DNA of 64,000 nucleotides from Bacteroidales bacterium (GTDB lineage Bacteria; Bacteroidota; Bacteroidia; Bacteroidales; JAQXIO01): NCBI GenBank assembly GCA_029007825.1, contig JAQXIO010000062.1, positions 1,252 to 65,251 of the forward strand, read 5' to 3'. Shown piece by piece: positions 57,610 to 64,000 of this stretch (position 1 is its first letter; each line of letters starts with the position of its first letter). The notes under the pieces were generated by a model. It saw only the letters and a program-made list of their open reading frames with translations, ran no database searches and was not told where the DNA came from. The position numbers and the translations under genes were made by a program.

Positions 57610-58932
57610 ATGGAGACATTCTTAATCAGAGCAGTGCAATTGATACTCAGCCTTTCTATTCTGGTCATCGTGCATGAGTTCGGACATTTTATCTTTGCCC
57701 GTATTTTTAAGGTGCGGGTAGAGAAGTTTTACCTTTTCTTCAATCCTTGGTTTACCTTGTTCAAGTTTAAACCGAAGAACAGCGATACGGAGTATGGTAT
57801 CGGTTGGTTGCCTTTAGGGGGGTATTGCAAGATATCGGGTATGATCGACGAGTCGATGGATAAAGAGCAGATGGCACAGCCGCCCAAGCCTTACGAGTTC
57901 CGCAGTAAGCCGGCTTTCCAGCGTTTTATGATTATGATCGGCGGTGTGCTTTTCAATTTTATACTGGCTTTAATCATTTATGCCGCTATTCTTTTTACCT
58001 GGGGTGACAGTTACCTGCCGATGAAGAATGCTTCGATGGGAATGGATTTCAGCGAGACTGCGCATCAGATGGGTTTTCAGGACGGCGATATTCTTCTTTC
58101 GGCAGATAATATCGAGCTGGACCGTTACGGGGAGAATACTATCCGTGCTATTGCCGCGGCAAAAGAGGTGAGGGTTTTAAGGAATGGTAAAGAGGTCGCT
58201 ATTCCGGTCCCTTCGGATTTCATGCAGCAGCTGATGGGGCAGAAAAAAGGCTTTGCGGCCTTCCGTTATCCGATGGTTGTCGAGAAGACCTTGAAAAATT
58301 CACCGGCAGAGCAGGCGGGATTGAAGAGGGGGGATAGCATCGTTGCCATTAATGGCATGGCTACGCCTGTCATTTATGAGGCTATGGAGCAGCTTGCCGA
58401 TAATAAGGGAAAGTCAGTAATGGTTTCTTTTTACAGGGACGGTGCTTTGCAGGAGATGTCGATTGAGACGGATACTTTGGGCAAGATCGGTATCCAGACC
58501 CGGGCATTGACGGATATTTATCCGCTGAAGACGGAGCGTTATAATTTCTTCGAATCGATACCTGCCGGGGTGAAGAAGGGTGTTAACACGTTGAAGGGGT
58601 ATATCAGCGATTTCCAGTATGTGTTCACAAAAGAGGGGGCTTCGAGCCTCGGAGGGTTCGGTACAATCGGAAGTATTTTCCCTGCAACGTTTCATGCGGA
58701 GACTTTCTGGGAGATGACGGCTTTTCTTTCCATTATCCTCGCATTTATGAATATTCTGCCTATTCCGGCACTCGACGGGGGGCATTTGTTGTTCCTGCTT
58801 TATGAAATTGTTACCCGCAGGAAACCCAGCGAGAAGTTTATGGAGTATGCCCAGATGGTGGGAATGTTTATACTTTTCGCGTTGCTTATTTATGCGAATG
58901 GAAACGATCTTTTCCGCTTTCTTTTCAAGTAG
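57610..58932 (+). CDS. rseP: RIP site-2 metalloprotease RseP
   Basis: HEFGH zinc motif in TM1, a central PDZ region, and a C-terminal NILPIPALDGGH motif. Confidence 0.9.
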   Translation: METFLIRAVQLILSLSILVIVHEFGHFIFARIFKVRVEKFYLFFNPWFTLFKFKPKNSDTEYGIGWLPLGGYCKISGMIDESMDKEQMAQPPKPYEFRSKPAFQRFMIMIGGVLFNFILALIIYAAILFTWGDSYLPMKNASMGMDFSETAHQMGFQDGDILLSADNIELDRYGENTIRAIAAAKEVRVLRNGKEVAIPVPSDFMQQLMGQKKGFAAFRYPMVVEKTLKNSPAEQAGLKRGDSIVAINGMATPVIYEAMEQLADNKGKSVMVSFYRDGALQEMSIETDTLGKIGIQTRALTDIYPLKTERYNFFESIPAGVKKGVNTLKGYISDFQYVFTKEGASSLGGFGTIGSIFPATFHAETFWEMTAFLSIILAFMNILPIPALDGGHLLFLLYEIVTRRKPSEKFMEYAQMVGMFILFALLIYANGNDLFRFLFK

Positions 58933-58995
58933 GCATTTATAAACAACAGGGAACACGGGGGCGTGGAGAATATGCCTGTTCCTGCTGTACGATAT

Positions 58996-59052
58996 AAAAA
59001 ATCCCGATTCTTTTTACAGAGAGATGTAAAGTAGAGATTGTCGGGATTTTTT
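58996..59052 (+). terminator. possible terminator (long-loop hairpin)
   Basis: aaaaaatcccga ... tcgggatttttt, a 12-bp stem with a ~33-nt loop, followed by T6. Confidence 0.45.
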
Positions 59053-59177
59053 GTGTTTGTTTTGTCGGGAAGTGGATTTCGGGATGATCCGATAATAAGA
59101 ATTGGGATTGTTTGTTTTGACGGCGGTGGGCAGTAAATATTGATTTGTCGTGGAGAAACGATTAAAATGTGATTTTT

Positions 59178-59912
59178 ATGAAAGAGAATAAATATGACGA
59201 TCAGCATTTTTTTGACCGGTACAGCCAGATGGATCGTTCGGTAAAGGGACTGGGGGGTGCTGGGGAGTGGCATGTTTTGCGGACAATGTTACCCGATTTG
59301 CGGGGCAAGAGGGTTCTGGACCTTGGTTGTGGTTTCGGCTGGCATTGCCGTTATGCCGTGGAGCAGGGCGCTTGCTCTGTAACCGGCGTAGATATTTCGG
59401 AAAAGATGCTGGAAGAGGCAAAACGAAGGAATGGGTCGCCTTTGATAGAGTATCGCCGACTGCCGATCGAGGATATCGATTTACCACCTTTTTCGTTCGA
59501 TATTGTTCTCAGTTCCCTTGCTTTTCACTATCTGGAATCGTTCGATATTGTTTGCCGGAAAGTGTACGATTGCCTGTCGGATGGAGGAAGTTTTGTGTTT
59601 TCGGCGGAGCATCCGGTTTTTACTGCATCGGGGGGACAGGATTGGTATTACGACGAATCGGGAGCACGTTTGCACTGGCCTGTGGACCATTATTTCAAAG
59701 AGGGGATGCGGAGGACTGTTTTTTTCGGTGAGGAGGTGGTGAAGTATCATAAGACGCTGACTACTTATCTAAACGGGCTTATTCAAAACGGGTTTGAAAT
59801 AACAGAAGTGAGGGAGCCGGAGCCGAGTCTGGAGCTTCAACGGGAGGTGCCCGATATGAAGAATGAATTGCGGAGACCGATGTTCCTGATCGTTTCGGCT
59901 GTCAAACGATAG
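59178..59912 (+). CDS. class I SAM-dependent methyltransferase
   Basis: Motif I VLDLGCGFGW and an acidic motif II. 244 aa from ATG 59178. Confidence 0.8.
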   Translation: MKENKYDDQHFFDRYSQMDRSVKGLGGAGEWHVLRTMLPDLRGKRVLDLGCGFGWHCRYAVEQGACSVTGVDISEKMLEEAKRRNGSPLIEYRRLPIEDIDLPPFSFDIVLSSLAFHYLESFDIVCRKVYDCLSDGGSFVFSAEHPVFTASGGQDWYYDESGARLHWPVDHYFKEGMRRTVFFGEEVVKYHKTLTTYLNGLIQNGFEITEVREPEPSLELQREVPDMKNELRRPMFLIVSAVKR

Positions 59913-60078
59913 ATTTTTATTTTTAAGAAGAGATTTTCCGATCTTGTCGGGAGGCTTTATTGTATAAGCAGAGGTTTGTAAAGGGGATACGATATTTTTG
60001 CTTCTCCGAAAAAGAGAAGTGTTTTATTTACAGGTTTTTCCGTGCGATGATATTTTTTAGATTTGGTTTCAAAGAATA

Positions 60079-60123
60079 GAAAAAGTAAGCGGCAGCATCC
60101 GTTTCCGGATGTTACCGCTTACC
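60079..60123 (-). terminator. rho-independent terminator of rubrerythrin
   Basis: gtaagcggcagcatccg / cggatgttaccgcttac imperfect stem, followed by T5 on the minus strand. Confidence 0.65.
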
Positions 60124-60151
60124 TCAACTAACCATAATATAGAAAACCGGC

Positions 60152-60703
60152 TTATTTATTGAAGAACCGTTTGTATAGACCTGCAAATACTTGTCCGTGA
60201 CGTGCTTCGTCCTTACACATTTCGTGTACGGTATCGTGAATAGCGTCGTATCCTAATTCTTTTGCTTTCGTAGCAATCCGTTTTTTGTCTGCACATGCTC
60301 CGCTTTCGGCTTCCATACGGGCTTTGAGGTTTGTTTTCGTATCCCAAACCACTTCGCCGAGGAGTTCTGCGAATTTTCCTGCGTGCTCAGCTTCCTCCCA
60401 TGCAATTCTTTTATAGGCTTCGGCTATTTCCGGATAACCTTCACGGTCTGCCTGACGGCTCATGGCAAGGTACATTCCGACTTCACAACATTCGCCTGCA
60501 AAGTGTGCTTTCAATCCTTCCAATACTTCGGGGTCTGCATCTTTCGCAACACCGATGCGGTGTTCGTCTGCCCAAGTGAGTTCTCCTTCTGTTTCAACTA
60601 CTTCCTGAAATTTAGATGCAGGAGCTTTGCATAAGGGACATTTTTCCGGTGCCTGATCTCCTTCGTGTACATAACCGCATACGGTACAAATAAATTTTTT
60701 CAT
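60152..60703 (-). CDS. rbr: rubrerythrin, reverse type (N-terminal rubredoxin domain)
   Basis: N-terminal CTVCGY...CPLC rubredoxin centre followed by a ferritin-like di-iron domain (E..E..H motifs). Confidence 0.9.
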   Translation of the reverse strand: MKKFICTVCGYVHEGDQAPEKCPLCKAPASKFQEVVETEGELTWADEHRIGVAKDADPEVLEGLKAHFAGECCEVGMYLAMSRQADREGYPEIAEAYKRIAWEEAEHAGKFAELLGEVVWDTKTNLKARMEAESGACADKKRIATKAKELGYDAIHDTVHEMCKDEARHGQVFAGLYKRFFNK

Positions 60704-60744
60704 CGTTTTTTTTGTTTAGTGTTTGTGTTTTGTTTTTTGTTTCT

Positions 60745-61164
60745 TCAGTTTTGTTTTCCCTGACAATGAGGGCAATATCCTTTATAATATACCTGACATT
60801 CTGTAACCTGCAGTATTCCATCTCCTTCTATGTTAAGGTATTTCGGAGCGGGTGCGGGGAGGTCGTAAATTTTCCCACATTTCAGACATTTGAAGTGGGC
60901 ATGTTGTGAGATATCCCCGTCGAAATGCTGTGTTTTTTCATCTATTGTCAACTGTAACGCCGCACCGTTTTCGACTAATAATCTTAGGGTGTTATATACC
61001 GTGGTTTTCGATAGTGTCGGCATCTCATCCGACAGTTTTCCGTAGATATCTTCTACCGTCGGGTGTGTGCGGTGTTGCAACAGATAATCCATAATGGCAA
61101 CACGTTGCAGAGACGGTTTTATTCCGTATTGCAGTAATCTTCTGTATGCATTTTCTGTTGCCAT
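60745..61164 (-). CDS. Fur-family transcriptional regulator, PerR-like
   Basis: Winged-helix region (LQRVAIMDYLLQHRTHPTVEDIY), H..HF and two CxxC pairs (CLKCG, CPHC). It lies directly upstream of rubrerythrin. The start is placed at MATENAY. Confidence 0.85.
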   Translation of the reverse strand: MATENAYRRLLQYGIKPSLQRVAIMDYLLQHRTHPTVEDIYGKLSDEMPTLSKTTVYNTLRLLVENGAALQLTIDEKTQHFDGDISQHAHFKCLKCGKIYDLPAPAPKYLNIEGDGILQVTECQVYYKGYCPHCQGKQN

Positions 61165-61174
61165 CAGTATAAAA

Positions 61175-61189
61175 TTGTAATTATTACAA
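61175..61189. promoter_or_regulatory. perfect 7-1-7 inverted repeat, candidate PerR/Fur-family operator
   Basis: TTGTAAT-T-ATTACAA lies 10 nt upstream of the regulator start codon and 13 nt downstream of a TATTTTTG -7 box (61204-61211, minus strand). It resembles the PerR box TTATAATnATTATAA. Confidence 0.6.
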
Positions 61190-61574
61190 ATTTGATTTTG
61201 TTGCAAAAATATAAATAGTTTTTATAACACACAATAATTTGCCGGAAAAATGCAAAAATGCGGTAAAAAATGCGGCTATAATGAAATGGGTGTTATTTAA
61301 CCTATTGGATTATATATAGTTATGATAAGCTTTTTTGCCTTGCATCCAGATTTCAGAGGCGCATTGGCGTTAAAAAAAATAAGAGTTTTTTCTGTTAAAA
61401 GCGAATGATAAATATTTTTCTATTTCTTTTGTTCTTTTGTATTTCAATATTATTTTTCAAGTCTTTCTCTTTTTATGTATGGTATTAAAAAAAATTACAC
61501 TTGTTTTATATAATATACTGTTTCCGGATAAAGAGAATGGAATCATTTACCGGATTGGGAACAAGTTGCGTTAA

Positions 61575-62891
<1,317 letters not shown>

Positions 62892-62915
62892 TAATTCTCT
62901 TATAGTATAAGAGAT

Positions 62916-62949
62916 AAAAAAAGCATTCCGAAACCGGAATGCTTTTTTA
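62916..62949. terminator. bidirectional terminator between metY and the peroxidase gene
   Basis: aaaaaagcattccg-aaac-cggaatgctttttt. Confidence 0.8.
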
Positions 62950-62967
62950 TGTTTTACTTTTGTCTCT

Positions 62968-64000
62968 TTATCTTGAAGCTACCGTTGTGATGTCGGCGTT
63001 CAGAGTGCCAAGGAAGTCAACGATTTTGGCTTGTTCTTCTTTTGTCGCTTTTTTCCCGGACTGATAAATGAGCATTTTTTCTACTGCTTCATCGATTGTT
63101 TTTACCGTACCATCGTGGAAATAAGGATGTGTATGAGCGAGATTCCGGAGGGTAGGGGTTTTGAAGCGGTGTCTGTCTGCTTCGTCGTTCGTGAAGTTGA
63201 AGCGTCCGTTGTCAGGTGTTTTTATATTTCCTCTGTGGGCAAAATAGTCGTCGGCCAGTCCTAAGTATTCGAATGATTGTCCGCCGAAGTTTACCCCTAC
63301 GTGGCAGGTAGCGCATTCCATCTTTTTGAATAGTTCGTAGCCTTCAACCTGGTTTTGCGTCAGGGCGGAGCCGTCTCCTTTCAGATATTTATCGAAGGGT
63401 GCGTCGGGTGTCAACAATGTTTTTTCGTATTCGGCAATTGCATCGGTTATGGTAAATTGTGAATAGCCTTCGGGGTAAACCTTTAGGAAAGCGTCGGTAA
63501 AGGTTTTGTCTGCATTCAGTTTTGCGATGATGTCGTCCCATGAGAGAGATCCCATTTCCACCGGATTCATGGGAGGTCCGGCTGCCTGTTCGCCGAGATC
63601 TTTTGCGCGTCCGTCCCAGAATTGCAGTACATTAAATACTGCGTTGTATACTGTAGGGGCGTTTATGTCACCTATTTGCCCATTGATACCGTCGGAAAAT
63701 TGTTCTTGGTCGCATCCACCTTTGCTCAATTCGTGACAGCTTGCACATGAGAGGGTGTTGTCGCCGGACAGACGTACGTCGTTGAAGAGTGATTTGCCAA
63801 GCGCTACTTTTTCACTGTTTGTGGGGAGTGAAGAGGGGACGGGTTGTACGGGTTCGTTGCGGAACTCTTTTGCTGCCAGTCCGTTCGCATATGCGGTACG
63901 TGCTTTTGCTGCCCATTGAGTGAGTATGTCGATTTCTTTCCGGCTCAATGCGCTTTGCCAGTGAATTGCCGAGTATTGTACCGGGGGCATTGTCTGGTAA
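62968..64000 (-). CDS. di-haem cytochrome c peroxidase (CCP/MauG family), 5' end outside the window
   Basis: Two CxxCH sites (CASCH, CATCH) and the FKTPTLRN motif. The frame remains open upstream of the M at 63990 to the window edge. Confidence 0.85.
   Translation of the reverse strand, partial: YQTMPPVQYSAIHWQSALSRKEIDILTQWAAKARTAYANGLAAKEFRNEPVQPVPSSLPTNSEKVALGKSLFNDVRLSGDNTLSCASCHELSKGGCDQEQFSDGINGQIGDINAPTVYNAVFNVLQFWDGRAKDLGEQAAGPPMNPVEMGSLSWDDIIAKLNADKTFTDAFLKVYPEGYSQFTITDAIAEYEKTLLTPDAPFDKYLKGDGSALTQNQVEGYELFKKMECATCHVGVNFGGQSFEYLGLADDYFAHRGNIKTPDNGRFNFTNDEADRHRFKTPTLRNLAHTHPYFHDGTVKTIDEAVEKMLIYQSGKKATKEEQAKIVDFLGTLNADITTVASR

Overview
This window looks like a Bacteroidales-type chromosomal segment. 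The evidence is TTTG-N19-21-TAnnTTTG promoters, several T9SS C-terminal sorting domains, surface-lipoprotein signals and typical Bacteroidota gene order. All calls come from reading the sequence and ORF track by eye, using motifs only; no searches were run. About 55 genes are supported.

Housekeeping blocks:
- valS
- mdh
- HAD-pgi-gpsA-lysS-nadD-gmk-yicC on the minus strand
- tsaB-DUF4290-murA-rimM-M23-dxr-rseP on the plus strand
- a perR-like/rubrerythrin pair with a perfect 7-1-7 operator
- metY
- a di-haem cytochrome c peroxidase that runs off the right edge
- two tRNAs, Gly-CCC and Thr-CGT

Accessory or unusual content:
1. A ~7.3 kb block (6945-14357) lies between a TIGR02757-like gene and valS and is bounded by a 51-nt direct repeat (48/51 identical) that duplicates the 3' end of that gene. 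It carries two very large T9SS-sorted surface proteins and no recombinase.
2. A patchy, mostly AT-rich islet follows the 3' end of tRNA-Thr (18.5-24.4 kb). It contains an orphan protein with an R / S-T-T / Q-x-E ADP-ribosyltransferase-like motif series, a lipoprotein gene with an in-frame TGA, and a tail-fibre-like plus T9SS-cargo gene pair.
3. A corrinoid methyltransferase cassette has a sugar-porter MFS transporter as its first gene, followed by the corrinoid protein and a UroD/MtaA-family methyltransferase. A stand-alone MetH-type reactivation domain sits upstream.
4. Two convergent cobalamin riboswitches control a BtuB/BtuG-like B12-capture locus in which at least one accessory protein (a second tentatively) ends in a T9SS sorting domain.
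5. An S26 signal-peptidase-like gene beside tRNA-Gly is split at an A5 tract.

No CRISPR array, integrase or transposase could be recognised.
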